DNA of 64,000 bases from an uncultured Bacilli bacterium. Lineage in GTDB: Bacteria > Bacillota_I > Bacilli_A > RF39 > UBA660. Each line of letters starts with the position of its first letter. Within the stretch, counting starts at the first letter, position 1. The stretch lies in NCBI GenBank assembly GCA_947629205.1, contig CANRCV010000003.1, positions 1,303 to 65,302 of the forward strand, written 5' to 3'. The position numbers were made by a program, and so were the translations under genes. Below, piece by piece: positions 1 to 9,703 of the stretch. Below the pieces are notes generated by a model. That model was not told the DNA's origin. It saw nothing but the letters and a program-made list of their open reading frames with translations, and made no database searches.

Positions 1-1
1 A

Positions 2-409
2 AGTGACTTAGAACAAGTCTATGCTCTTGGAAATTTATTAACACCTAATTTTTCAAAAACCAATTCTTTGCATGATTTAGAAAATAATCCTTTTACAAAA
101 GTATTGGTTTATGAAAAAGAGGGTACGATTATCGGTTTTTTAATGTATACAGAACTTGATGAAACTGTAGATATTTTGCATTTATTTGTAAAAGAAGAAT
201 ATCGAAGACAAAAAATTGCCAGTAATCTTTTAGATACTTTAATTAGTAATTTAAAAGAAAGTGTTTGTTATTTAACTTTAGAGGTAAGAAGGGGAAATGA
301 AAGTGCTATAGCTCTTTATCAAAAATTTGGTTTAGAAATTATTCATATACGAAAAAATTATTATGAAAATGAAGATGCTTATTTAATGGGAAGGAGGTTT
401 TCCAATTGA
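2..409 (+). CDS. rimI: GNAT ribosomal-protein-alanine N-acetyltransferase (RimI-like); 5' end lies outside the window
   Basis: ORF 68-409 stays open in the same frame back to the window edge. GNAT-type motifs are present. There is a 4-nt overlap with the downstream tsaD, as in tsaB-rimI-tsaD operons. Confidence 0.7.
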   Translation, partial: SDLEQVYALGNLLTPNFSKTNSLHDLENNPFTKVLVYEKEGTIIGFLMYTELDETVDILHLFVKEEYRRQKIASNLLDTLISNLKESVCYLTLEVRRGNESAIALYQKFGLEIIHIRKNYYENEDAYLMGRRFSN

Positions 410-1425
410 AAGATGTTTATCTATTAGCAATAGAATCTTCTTGTGATGAAACAAGTATGGCGATTGTGAAAAATGGAAGAACGATTGAATCTTTTACCGT
501 TTTAACCCAAATGGATACACATGCTAATTTTGGAGGAGTCGTTCCAGAAATTGCTTCTCGAATGCATACGGAAAATATTACTATGGTTTTTGAAGAAACT
601 TTAAAGAAAAGTAATATAAAAATGGAAGATGTAGATGCGATTGCTGTAACGTATGCTCCTGGTTTACTTGGTAGTTTACTTGTAGGGGTTGAATTTGCGA
701 AAACACTTTGTCTTGTATATAAAAAACCTTTAATTGCTGTTAATCATACCATAGGGCATATTTATGCAAATGCTATAGAGCATACGTTAGAATTTCCTTT
801 ACTTGCTTTAGTAGTTAGTGGAGGACATACCGATCTTATTTTAATGAAAAAGGACTATGATTTTGAAATACTTGGAAGTACTTTAGATGATGCTGTTGGG
901 GAATGCTATGATAAAGTCGCAAGAGTGCTTGGTTTAAAGTATCCTGGAGGACCAAATGTGGATAAATTAGCAATGGATGGAAACGATACTTATCCTTTAC
1001 CGAAACCCGTTAATGATCAATCCTATAACTTTAGTTTTAGTGGTTTAAAAAGCTATATTATTAATTTGGTTCATAATGAAACACAAAGAGGAAATGAGAT
1101 TCGAAAAAATGATTTAGCAAAAAGTTTTCAGGTTACTGTTGTAGATGAATTAATTCGTAAAGTAGAACTGGCCTTACAACATAATGATGTAAAAGAACTG
1201 ATTATTGCAGGTGGAGTATCTGCTAATCGTCATTTACGAGAAGAAATTAAAAAAGTAGCAGACAAGTATCAAGTACATTTAAGTATTCCTAAAATAGAAT
1301 ATTGTACTGATAATGCTGCTATGATTGGTGCTGCTGCTTATCCATTATATAAACAAAAAAAGTTTGCAGATTTTACGTTAAATGCAAGTAGTAGTGGATC
1401 CATTGTCCAAAAAAAAGACAACTAA
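406..1425 (+). CDS. tsaD: tRNA N6-adenosine threonylcarbamoyltransferase TsaD (Kae1/YgjD family)
   Basis: 339 aa with N-terminal SCDETS and metal-binding HxxGH motifs. Overlaps the rimI stop. Confidence 0.9.
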   Translation: MKDVYLLAIESSCDETSMAIVKNGRTIESFTVLTQMDTHANFGGVVPEIASRMHTENITMVFEETLKKSNIKMEDVDAIAVTYAPGLLGSLLVGVEFAKTLCLVYKKPLIAVNHTIGHIYANAIEHTLEFPLLALVVSGGHTDLILMKKDYDFEILGSTLDDAVGECYDKVARVLGLKYPGGPNVDKLAMDGNDTYPLPKPVNDQSYNFSFSGLKSYIINLVHNETQRGNEIRKNDLAKSFQVTVVDELIRKVELALQHNDVKELIIAGGVSANRHLREEIKKVADKYQVHLSIPKIEYCTDNAAMIGAAAYPLYKQKKFADFTLNASSSGSIVQKKDN

Positions 1426-1451
1426 AAAAAGATGAGCATCTCATCTTTTTT
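1424..1451. terminator. bidirectional rho-independent terminator between convergent tsaD and the symporter gene
   Basis: A-run, then 7-bp stem agatgag / ctcatct with loop cat, then T-run (aaaaaaagatgagcatctcatctttttt). Confidence 0.7.
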
Positions 1452-2673
1452 CGTTTAAGAAATTTTTACCATCTGTTAAACGTCCCACAAGTAGACTGGC
1501 TGTAGAATCTCCTACGACATTTAATACAGTGGCTGGTGCATCAATAACAGTAGCAATCACCGTTAGAATTGGTAAAGCTGCAGCAGGGAATCCCATTAAA
1601 CTTAAAATAAACATTTCGCTAATGGTTCCTCCTCCTACTGGAACAGCTGTTATAAGAAGGGTGGCCAGTATAGATACACCAATAATTGTCCATATATCCG
1701 TACTTGTATTAAATAAATAAACTAAAAACATAACTTTAAAAACACTACCAATTACGGATCCATCTTTATGAAAACTAGTTCCCATTGGAATAGTGGTTTC
1801 AGCAATATCTTTTGATACACCCATATTGGTTGTTGAGGTTACATTTACGGGAATACAAGCAGCAGAAGAACAAGTTGCTAAAGCTGTAAGAGTAGGTGTT
1901 AGAATATGTTTCCAATAGTTTTTTAATCCTTTTTTGCCAGCAGCTATAAAAGCATAAAAAGAGTATACTATAAAATAAACAAAGAGACTAACAAGTGTAT
2001 ATAAAATAAAAGTTTTAAAAAATCCTAGGGCAATAGTACTACCATAAGTTCCAATTAAACTAGCAAAATAGCATCCTAATCCAAAAGGAGCATAGTACAT
2101 AATGAGTTTAACTATATTTAAAACAATGTCATTTAAACTTAAAATAAATTCACTTACTTTTTTGCCTTTTTCTTGACTCATACGCGTTGCTAAACCAAAT
2201 AGAATAGAGAATAAAAGTAGAGCAATAATATTATCTTTACTTAGTAAAAGAGAAAAATCACTGACGGTTAATAAACTAGCAGTTCTTTGTAATACGTTTA
2301 CTTTGGTATCAATTGTTGAATTTTGATCTAATAGTTCTAAAATAGAATTGGTATCACTTGGATTTACTAGTTTAAATAGTTTCGTAGAAACAATTCCTAT
2401 TAGGGCTGCTATAACAGACATGATGATAAAAACAATAAGTATTCTGCTCATAATCTTTCCTAATCGTTTAGGACTTTTCATTTTAATAATTGCAGAAGAG
2501 ATAGTTAAGAAAATAAGGGGAACAATGACGACAAACATTAAGTTAATGAAAATATCTCCAAAAGGAGTTAAGACTTGGGCTTTTTCTTTAAAAAGTAAAC
2601 CGACAAGTGCTCCTAGTAAAATTCCTCCTAAAAGAAGCATAGTGCTTCGATAATTTTTCCATATTTTTTTCAT
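1441..2673 (-). CDS. dicarboxylate/amino acid:cation symporter family transporter (SstT/GltP-like)
   Basis: 410-aa polytopic membrane protein with the typical DAACS re-entrant loop sequence pattern. Confidence 0.75.
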   Translation of the reverse strand: MKKIWKNYRSTMLLLGGILLGALVGLLFKEKAQVLTPFGDIFINLMFVVIVPLIFLTISSAIIKMKSPKRLGKIMSRILIVFIIMSVIAALIGIVSTKLFKLVNPSDTNSILELLDQNSTIDTKVNVLQRTASLLTVSDFSLLLSKDNIIALLLFSILFGLATRMSQEKGKKVSEFILSLNDIVLNIVKLIMYYAPFGLGCYFASLIGTYGSTIALGFFKTFILYTLVSLFVYFIVYSFYAFIAAGKKGLKNYWKHILTPTLTALATCSSAACIPVNVTSTTNMGVSKDIAETTIPMGTSFHKDGSVIGSVFKVMFLVYLFNTSTDIWTIIGVSILATLLITAVPVGGGTISEMFILSLMGFPAAALPILTVIATVIDAPATVLNVVGDSTASLLVGRLTDGKNFLNEKR

Positions 2674-2713
2674 TTGAAACCTCCCATTACATTATATTAT
2701 CAAATTGCTTTTT

Positions 2714-3241
2714 TTAGTTTTCTTTTTCTTTATAAAACTTTTCCCATAATTCTTCATTAGAAAGGCATTCATTTTCTTCTTCTCTTTTTTTAATGTATTC
2801 ATCAAATGTACCAATCACTTTAGCAGGTACTCCTGCTACTACACTATTTTCTGGAACATCTTTGGTTACAACGGATCCTGCTGCTACTATGGCATTTGGT
2901 CCAATTCGTACATTTTTTAAAATAGTTGAATTACAACCAATAAAGACATTATCCATAATTTCAATACAACCAGCTTGATAAGAAAAATTTTTTCCTTTTA
3001 AATAGTTTAAACCTAAATGAAAAACATCATGGGTTACAAAAGTAACATTGCTGGTTATAATATCGTTGTTATGAAATTTGATTAGTTTTGGATCTGATGG
3101 TATGACTCTAGGTTGAAAAAAGAAATTTTCTCCTACACTTTTAAATATTTGATGTTTTAGAATATATTGATTTCTTTTATCACTATTGATCATTAAAGCT
3201 ATGCGTAATCTTCTTAATTGATTTTTTGTATATTCTTTCAT
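2714..3241 (-). CDS. hexapeptide-repeat (left-handed beta-helix) sugar O-acetyltransferase
   Basis: 175 aa. Hexapeptide repeats [LIV]GxxxxI in IGCNSTILKNVRIGPNAIVAAGSVV (LacA/WcaF-like family). Confidence 0.7.
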   Translation of the reverse strand: MKEYTKNQLRRLRIALMINSDKRNQYILKHQIFKSVGENFFFQPRVIPSDPKLIKFHNNDIITSNVTFVTHDVFHLGLNYLKGKNFSYQAGCIEIMDNVFIGCNSTILKNVRIGPNAIVAAGSVVTKDVPENSVVAGVPAKVIGTFDEYIKKREEENECLSNEELWEKFYKEKEN

Positions 3242-3301
3242 ATTATCCCTCTTTATTATCTTATCAAATTCTCTTTCTTTTTACAAATAATAACAAGAAG
3301 A

Positions 3302-5389
3302 CTAGTTTTCGTCTTCTTGTTTTTCTTCTTGTTCGTCTCCTATATCAAGACCTGGTATTTCAGGAACAGTAGGATTGGTTTCTTGGTTTTCCTCTTCCTT
3401 GTTTTCCTCTTTATTTTCTTCTTCTGTTGGAGCACCAGGAATCGTTTCTGTTTCATTTGGAGTTTCTTCGTTTTGATTGTCGTTGTTATTTTCTTCTTGA
3501 TTTTCTGTAGTATTACATACTTGATTGACAAAAATGGTAATACTTGAAACACTTCGAGCAGAGGTTCCAGCAAGTATGCTTTGACTACCAATTAATCCTG
3601 GAATTCCATCACTACAAGTAAATGTGGTATTAATCGTGATATTATTATTTCTTCCCCAATCTTCGGCATAGGATACGGTACTACCAACAAAATTAGGAAC
3701 AGTGGTTTCTTTTCCACCCCCTGTAATTCCTTTTCCTATTACAGGAGATGTATATTCTTCATTATAATCATAAGAGAAAGTTTTAATCATTTCTTCTTCT
3801 TTAATTCCTAAATTCACTTGTAAGGCATCTTCAATCGCTTTTAAACTATTATCATAGTATCCTAAAGCAGAAAGAGTAAGTCCACTTATGGAAACAGGTA
3901 AGTTATAAACCTCTAAATACGTTTTTTGAATATTAACAAAATCATTACCATGTAAACTTTGAACCAACATATTTTTTAATGTATCATAAAAAGAAAGAAT
4001 TTGATTGGTAGATAAGTTCGTTGCAATATTTTTACCAATAACATTTAATAAATTTTCAAAATTATTAAAACTACTTACAGTGAGTATTTTTTTAGCTAAT
4101 GCTTCTACTATTTGTTGTTGATGACGATTTCTAGCTAAATCACTTTCTAAAAAACCATGACGATTTCTTGCATAAGCAAGTGTTTGTTCTCCATTTAAAT
4201 GTTGCATACCTGTATCCATACAAACAAGATTATGAGTGCTTCTTAAAGAGTTACTTTCACATAATTTTCCTTCTCCATACTCTCTTACATAAGCTTTATA
4301 ATCAGGTTGTTCTACCTCTACATCAATTCCCCCTAAAGCATTTACTAAATCAATAACACCATTAAAATTAATTTTTGCATAATAATCTATTTCGACATCT
4401 ACTAAGTTTTGAATGGTATTAATAACACATTCTGTTCCATAAGCAGCAGAGGAATTAATTTTATGATAACGATTATTATTACAAGCAATAGGAACATATA
4501 GATCTCTTGGGAAACTAACCATAGTGGCATTAAGCGTTTGTGGATTAAAAGTAATTAACATGAGAGTATCTCCATTAAATGCAGCATTGGCATTTAAACC
4601 ATCTTTTTCGGAGTCTACTCCCATTAATAGAACTGTAAAAGGTTCTGTTAGTTTTTTATTCGTATTCAAATTACTTTTGGTTTTCATTTGTTCACTATAT
4701 TCATATAAAATTTTCGTTTCTTCTCCAATATTTTGATATGTTTCTTCACTACCAAATAAAATAACATAATTACTCGAAACAAAAATAGCATCAACCTCTT
4801 TTGTATAAAGAGCATTTAACATAGAATAATAATCATCATAATAAACAATTTTTTGAGTTAAACCTTCTTTATTTCGTAGGGTATTGGCTAAGCTGTAGCC
4901 TTCTATATCTTCATTATTAGCAATCATTCCAATTTGACTATCTAAAGTAAGTTCTGTATCTTTTAAAGCAATTAAATTGGTTGTATATAAAGTATATTCT
5001 TGATTTGTAAATAATCCAATTTTATTATAAAAATGATGAATAGTAATTGATGCAAAAGTCATGATACCTAGTAATAGAAATTGAATAAAGGTAAAAAGTA
5101 AAAATTTTTTAATTTGATTCGTCACTAAGTTTGATAATCCAAATAAAAAATAAATAAAAAACCAAATTAAAAATAATAGAAAAATAATAATTCTTAAAAT
5201 TGTTTCAATTCCTTCTAATTTAAATAGGAAGATAGAAAAAAAGATAAATCCTATTAAATAGAAAAGAAGGGATAATATATAAATCGTTAAAGCAATTTTA
5301 TTAGAACGTTTAATTTTTTTAAATAGTATTTTCATTTTCTTATCCTTTCTCATTTTATTATTATATAATAAAAGAATAGGGTTATACAA
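3302..5389 (-). CDS. LCP (LytR-CpsA-Psr) family glycopolymer-to-peptidoglycan ligase with long acidic C-terminal low-complexity tail
   Basis: N-terminal TM segments. LCP core sequence TVLLMGVDSE...NGDTLMLITFNP...VSFPRDLYV. The last ~100 aa are E/N/K-rich. Confidence 0.8.
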   Translation of the reverse strand: MYNPILLLYNNKMRKDKKMKILFKKIKRSNKIALTIYILSLLFYLIGFIFFSIFLFKLEGIETILRIIIFLLFLIWFFIYFLFGLSNLVTNQIKKFLLFTFIQFLLLGIMTFASITIHHFYNKIGLFTNQEYTLYTTNLIALKDTELTLDSQIGMIANNEDIEGYSLANTLRNKEGLTQKIVYYDDYYSMLNALYTKEVDAIFVSSNYVILFGSEETYQNIGEETKILYEYSEQMKTKSNLNTNKKLTEPFTVLLMGVDSEKDGLNANAAFNGDTLMLITFNPQTLNATMVSFPRDLYVPIACNNNRYHKINSSAAYGTECVINTIQNLVDVEIDYYAKINFNGVIDLVNALGGIDVEVEQPDYKAYVREYGEGKLCESNSLRSTHNLVCMDTGMQHLNGEQTLAYARNRHGFLESDLARNRHQQQIVEALAKKILTVSSFNNFENLLNVIGKNIATNLSTNQILSFYDTLKNMLVQSLHGNDFVNIQKTYLEVYNLPVSISGLTLSALGYYDNSLKAIEDALQVNLGIKEEEMIKTFSYDYNEEYTSPVIGKGITGGGKETTVPNFVGSTVSYAEDWGRNNNITINTTFTCSDGIPGLIGSQSILAGTSARSVSSITIFVNQVCNTTENQEENNNDNQNEETPNETETIPGAPTEEENKEENKEEENQETNPTVPEIPGLDIGDEQEEKQEDEN

Positions 5390-5490
5390 GTAAGCACTTA
5401 CTTGACAATTATCTTACAAAAAAGAGTGTAGTTTTCTTTCTTGGTCTTTCATATAATGGTATAATAAAGAGGAAAAAGGAGGGAATTTTA

Positions 5491-7242
5491 ATGAAAAAAA
5501 GAGTAAAATTGTTTTTGAAAAAATCTTTTTCTATTCTTTTCATTTGTTTGATAACTTTCTCTTCTATATTTCCTTTTTCTAAAGTTTTAGCAGAACAAAC
5601 TTATATAGGAAAAGTAAATGGTAATGACGTACGTTTACGTTCAAAACCAACAACTGCAAAAGAAAATAATGTTAGTAATATTTTAATGGAATTAGATATA
5701 GGAGATGTTGTAACTGTCCTTTCTATGACTCGTGAAAGTGGAAGTGGTTGTAGTAATGGTTGGTACCATGTTAGTTATCAAAATATTACTGGATATATTT
5801 GTTCTTCTTATATTAGTATTGATGGATATGATGTTTATGATAGACCTTGGACAAGTCCAAAAAAAGCTATTATTGGTGGAGCAAAGTTTATAAGTGGTTC
5901 TTATATTTCTCGTGGTCAATTTACTAGTTATTTAAAAAAATATAATGTAAATCCTAATGGATATTATGATGTTTATAATCACTTGTATATGTCTAATATT
6001 GCTGCTCCTTCTAGTGAAGCCAAAACAAGTTATACAGCTTATTCTAAAAATGGATTATTAAATTTACCTTTATCTTTTAATATCCCTATTTATGAAAATA
6101 TGCAAGAGGTTTATAATCGACCTGGAAGTAATTTAGTTACCGTTGAAAAACAAACGAATGTAACCGATCAAAATTTTGAAAATGCCTTAAATGCCCAAGG
6201 TTTTCCAGAACCTTATAAACAAGCTTTAAGAGCTGTACACACAAAACATCCAAATTGGACATTTACTGCTATGAAAACAGGACTTGATTTTACGGAAGCT
6301 GCTCAAACATTTAAAAATATTGGAGCCATGCAAGGGGGAGACAAATATTATGATTTGAGTAGTGGTTCTAAAGTACAAGCTGGAAATGATTCTGGATGGT
6401 ATATTCCTAATTTAGCTACTACCGAATATTATTTAGATCCAAGAAACTTTTTAGTTGATCAATACATATTACAATTTGAAAGTTTAGAAAATTCTTCTAA
6501 TTATACAGAAAGTACTGTTCAAAGTATATTAGATAATACCTTTATGAGTGGACTATCCATTTTAGATAATCAATCTTATGCATCAATTTTTATTGAAGCT
6601 GGAAAAGTTGCTAATGTTAGTAGTGTTTATCTTGCTTCTTTAGCAAGACAAGAATCTGGTACGAATGGTGGATTTACGACAAATGGTTCTCAATTTGAAT
6701 ATAATGGTGTTATTTATTCTGGTCTTTATAATTTCTATAATATTGGAGCTTCTAGTGGAGCAAGTAATCCTGCTAAAGCTGGTTTAGTGTATGCTAGTGG
6801 TGGTATTTGTACGACTTGTACACTTTCATCTACTGGAGGATCTAGTTTAAATCTTGCTAATTCTTTAGTAGGAAATGGATATAAATTTTCTGGTAATTAC
6901 TTTACTGGATTTAAAGAAGGAGAAAGTGCTAGTACTTTAAAAAATCAATTACAAAATTATGGAATCAATGCAACGATTAGTAGTGATACCATAGGAACAG
7001 GAACAACGATAAAATATAATAATGAGACTTATACAGTCGTTGTTTATGGAGATTTAACTGGAGATGGAAAAATCAATTCAGCGGATTTATTAAAAATGCG
7101 TCAACATTTACAAGGAACGATTTCTTTATCAGGTGCTTATAAAACAGCAGCAGCCGTTGCTAATGGTTCAACCATTAATTCAGCAGACCTATTAAAAATT
7201 AGACAACATTTATTAGGTACAAGTATAATTTCACAAGGATAG
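5491..7242 (+). CDS. secreted SH3b-domain plus GH73-like (glucosaminidase-type) cell-wall hydrolase with C-terminal type I dockerin-like repeat pair
   Basis: Signal peptide, SH3b-like segment, and LARQESG region resembling the GH73 catalytic Glu context. C-terminal DLTGDGKINSADLLKMRQHL and TINSADLLKIRQHL are EF-hand-like dockerin repeats. Good SD sequence AAGGAGGG upstream. Confidence 0.6.
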   Translation: MKKRVKLFLKKSFSILFICLITFSSIFPFSKVLAEQTYIGKVNGNDVRLRSKPTTAKENNVSNILMELDIGDVVTVLSMTRESGSGCSNGWYHVSYQNITGYICSSYISIDGYDVYDRPWTSPKKAIIGGAKFISGSYISRGQFTSYLKKYNVNPNGYYDVYNHLYMSNIAAPSSEAKTSYTAYSKNGLLNLPLSFNIPIYENMQEVYNRPGSNLVTVEKQTNVTDQNFENALNAQGFPEPYKQALRAVHTKHPNWTFTAMKTGLDFTEAAQTFKNIGAMQGGDKYYDLSSGSKVQAGNDSGWYIPNLATTEYYLDPRNFLVDQYILQFESLENSSNYTESTVQSILDNTFMSGLSILDNQSYASIFIEAGKVANVSSVYLASLARQESGTNGGFTTNGSQFEYNGVIYSGLYNFYNIGASSGASNPAKAGLVYASGGICTTCTLSSTGGSSLNLANSLVGNGYKFSGNYFTGFKEGESASTLKNQLQNYGINATISSDTIGTGTTIKYNNETYTVVVYGDLTGDGKINSADLLKMRQHLQGTISLSGAYKTAAAVANGSTINSADLLKIRQHLLGTSIISQG

Positions 7243-7251
7243 GGGATATAG

Positions 7252-8577
7252 ATGAAAAAAAGTTTTTTAGTAAGTATAACTTTGTTACTTTTACTACCCT
7301 TACATGTTTTTGCAGCAGGAAAAGCTAGTATTAGTGGGGCTTCTAGTGTAGAGGTTGGTAGTAGTGTTACCGTAACGGTTACTTTAACCAATACAGCATC
7401 TTGGAATATTAAAATTAATTCTTCTGGTTCGACGAGCGGTTGTTCTCAAAGTTTTGCAGATGCTTCTAGTAATGGAAAAAATACAACCAAAAAATTAAGT
7501 GTAACTTGTAAAGCAACAAGTATTGGAACCATTGGATTTACCGTTTCTGGTGATATTACCAGTGCAGATGGTGCTAATAGTAATGTTTCTTTAAGTAAAA
7601 GAGTAACGGTTACTCCTGTTCGTGAAAAATCAAAAGATGCTAACTTAGCTTCTATAACGCTTGAGGGATATACATTGAGTCCTGAATTTAATAAAGAAAC
7701 TTTAGAGTATGAAACGACTATTCCATCTACTGTGAATACTGTTATACTTTCTGCAAAAGCAAATGAATCTCATGCAAGTGTAGCAGGAGTTGGAGAATTT
7801 GAGGTCACAGAAGGAATAAATACATTTGAAATCGTCGTTACTGCTGAAAATGGGAATCAAAAAACCTATAAAGTACATGTGAATGTAGAAGATACTAATC
7901 CAATTCATGTTAAAATAGGAAATGATGAATATACAGTGATTAAAAATGCTAAAAGTTTAACCAAACCAGAAACTTATGAAGAAAAAACCGTAACGATTAA
8001 TGACTTTACTATACCAGCTTTTTATAGTGATATTACGAAATTTACTTTGGTAGGATTAAAAAGTCAAGAGGGGAAAATTTACTTAGCTATTTATGAGGAA
8101 GAAACAAATACGTATGTTTTATATAATGAAATTACAGCGGGTTCTCTAAATTTATATTTAGTTGATTTTCCAAAAGAATTTCCAGAATATACAAAAAGTA
8201 CTTTAGAAATTAATAATGTTGTTGTTCCTATCTATAAATTTAGTAATAGTCGTTTTGTTTTAGTCTATGGAATGAATATTGAAACAGGAGAGTACGATTA
8301 TTATACATATGATACAAAAGAAGCAACATTTCAAAGTTGGAATCATGAGGAGATTGATGCTTTAAATAAAGAGGTAAAAACGTATCAACTTATTTGCTTT
8401 GCTTTTGGAATTGGTTTATTCTTTGCTTTTATACTTATTCTTTGTTTACTTAAAAAAAGAAAGAAAAAAAATAAGAAGAAAGACCAAAAAGAAGAAAAAA
8501 AGAAAGAAGTAAAAGAACAAACCCAAGAAGAAAAATTAAAACAATTTGATCAATTTGAAGAGAAGAAGAAAAAGTAG
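7252..8577 (+). CDS. cell-surface protein with signal peptide, cadherin-like beta-sandwich domain, C-terminal TM helix and Lys/Glu-rich cytoplasmic tail
   Basis: ANLASITLEGYTLSPEFNKETLEYETTIPSTV...TYKVHV matches the cadherin-like beta-sandwich pattern. TM helix CFAFGIGLFFAFILILCLL is followed by a KKRKKKNKKK tail. Confidence 0.55.
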   Translation: MKKSFLVSITLLLLLPLHVFAAGKASISGASSVEVGSSVTVTVTLTNTASWNIKINSSGSTSGCSQSFADASSNGKNTTKKLSVTCKATSIGTIGFTVSGDITSADGANSNVSLSKRVTVTPVREKSKDANLASITLEGYTLSPEFNKETLEYETTIPSTVNTVILSAKANESHASVAGVGEFEVTEGINTFEIVVTAENGNQKTYKVHVNVEDTNPIHVKIGNDEYTVIKNAKSLTKPETYEEKTVTINDFTIPAFYSDITKFTLVGLKSQEGKIYLAIYEEETNTYVLYNEITAGSLNLYLVDFPKEFPEYTKSTLEINNVVVPIYKFSNSRFVLVYGMNIETGEYDYYTYDTKEATFQSWNHEEIDALNKEVKTYQLICFAFGIGLFFAFILILCLLKKRKKKNKKKDQKEEKKKEVKEQTQEEKLKQFDQFEEKKKK

Positions 8578-8624
8578 AAATCTATTTTTTCTTCATTTTT
8601 TTTCTGGTTTACGTTATAATAAAA

Positions 8625-9701
8625 ATGGAAGTGAATAATATGTATGTAAATGGTCATGATGTTTTTATTATCGTCTTTATAACCTTTTTATGTAGTTTAA
8701 TTGTAACTCCAATTGTTGAACGTATTGCTTATCATGTTCATGCTATGGATTATCCTAATGAAAGAAGATTAAATAAAGTTCCAATGCCTACTTTAGGAGG
8801 ACTTGCTATTTTCTTTGCTTTTTTACTTGGTTATATGTTATATGCCAGAAGTAATGTCCAAATGCTTTCTATTTTAATGGGTAGTTTTTTACTTATCTTA
8901 ATGGGTATGATTGATGATATAAATCCTTTAAAAACACGTTATCAATTACTTGTTCAACTACTAGCTGCAGGAATTGTTACCTTTTATGGAGGTATTACTT
9001 TAAATTATATTAGTGTTTTTGGTCTTTCTTTTATTATTCCTGCTCCATGGAGTTATTTATTAACCATTATTTTAATTGTAGCGATTATTAATGCTATTAA
9101 TTTATCGGATGGATTAGATGGTTTATGTTCAGGTATTAGTTCCATTTACTTTTTAACGATTTCTATTATTGCTTTTATTATGAATTCTCAACAAGGACTA
9201 GATACAACTCTTGCCCTTATTATGCTAGGAGGTACTCTAGGATTTTTAGTTTATAACTTTCCACCTGCTCGTATTTATTTAGGAGATACGGGAAGTAATT
9301 TTATTGGTTTTATTATTGCAGTAACCACACTACTTGGTTATAAAACAGCAACCTTTACCTCCTTAATTATTCCTCTTATTATTTTAGCAACTCCTATTAT
9401 AGATGTCGCTTTATCCATTGCCAGAAGAATTTTAAAAAGACAGAATCCATTTAGTACTCCTGATAAACAACATTTTCATCATCAACTTTTAAAAATGAAA
9501 TTTTCCACGAGAGCTTCTTTACTGATTATTTATGCTATTGATCTTATTTTTGCTGGTTTATCTATTTTATATGCTTTAGGAATTACGTATTATGTTATGT
9601 TGATTTATATTGGATTAATGATTATCTTTTTATTCGTTGTATTAAAAACGGATATTTTATTTAAACATCAAAAAAAAGAAAAGAAAAGTAAAAGAGGGTA
9701 A
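8625..9701 (+). CDS. tagO: GT4/MraY-family undecaprenyl-phosphate N-acetylhexosamine-1-phosphate transferase (TagO/WecA-like priming enzyme)
   Basis: Polytopic protein with conserved DDxxP (MIDDINPL), NAINLSDGLDGL and LGDTGS motifs of the MraY/WecA family. Confidence 0.8.
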   Translation: MEVNNMYVNGHDVFIIVFITFLCSLIVTPIVERIAYHVHAMDYPNERRLNKVPMPTLGGLAIFFAFLLGYMLYARSNVQMLSILMGSFLLILMGMIDDINPLKTRYQLLVQLLAAGIVTFYGGITLNYISVFGLSFIIPAPWSYLLTIILIVAIINAINLSDGLDGLCSGISSIYFLTISIIAFIMNSQQGLDTTLALIMLGGTLGFLVYNFPPARIYLGDTGSNFIGFIIAVTTLLGYKTATFTSLIIPLIILATPIIDVALSIARRILKRQNPFSTPDKQHFHHQLLKMKFSTRASLLIIYAIDLIFAGLSILYALGITYYVMLIYIGLMIIFLFVVLKTDILFKHQKKEKKSKRG

Positions 9702-9703
9702 TT

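Noticed and set aside
1529-2653. Antisense ORFs 1529-1720 and 2348-2653 inside the symporter gene, and similar short ORFs (2793-2978, 4168-4356, 4524-4736, 5692-5919, 7137-7391, 7702-7908, 11674-11873, 12314-12517, 14626-14916, 18185-18481, 20211-20414, 22603-22788, 27750-28007, 33444-33656, 36710-37021, 37349-37705, 40840-41046, 45042-45230, 49176-49364, 50423-50635, 52184-52528, 53191-53379, 55482-55733)
   Set aside because: Each is fully embedded in a longer ORF that has clear family motifs and operon-consistent spacing. None has supporting signals of its own.
3218-3591. ORFs 3218-3547 (+) and 3340-3591 (-) with poly-Phe/Lys low-complexity products
   Set aside because: They lie on other frames or strands of the GAA/GAG-rich acidic tail of the LCP gene. 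Such low-complexity shadow ORFs are typical of AT-rich repetitive coding DNA.
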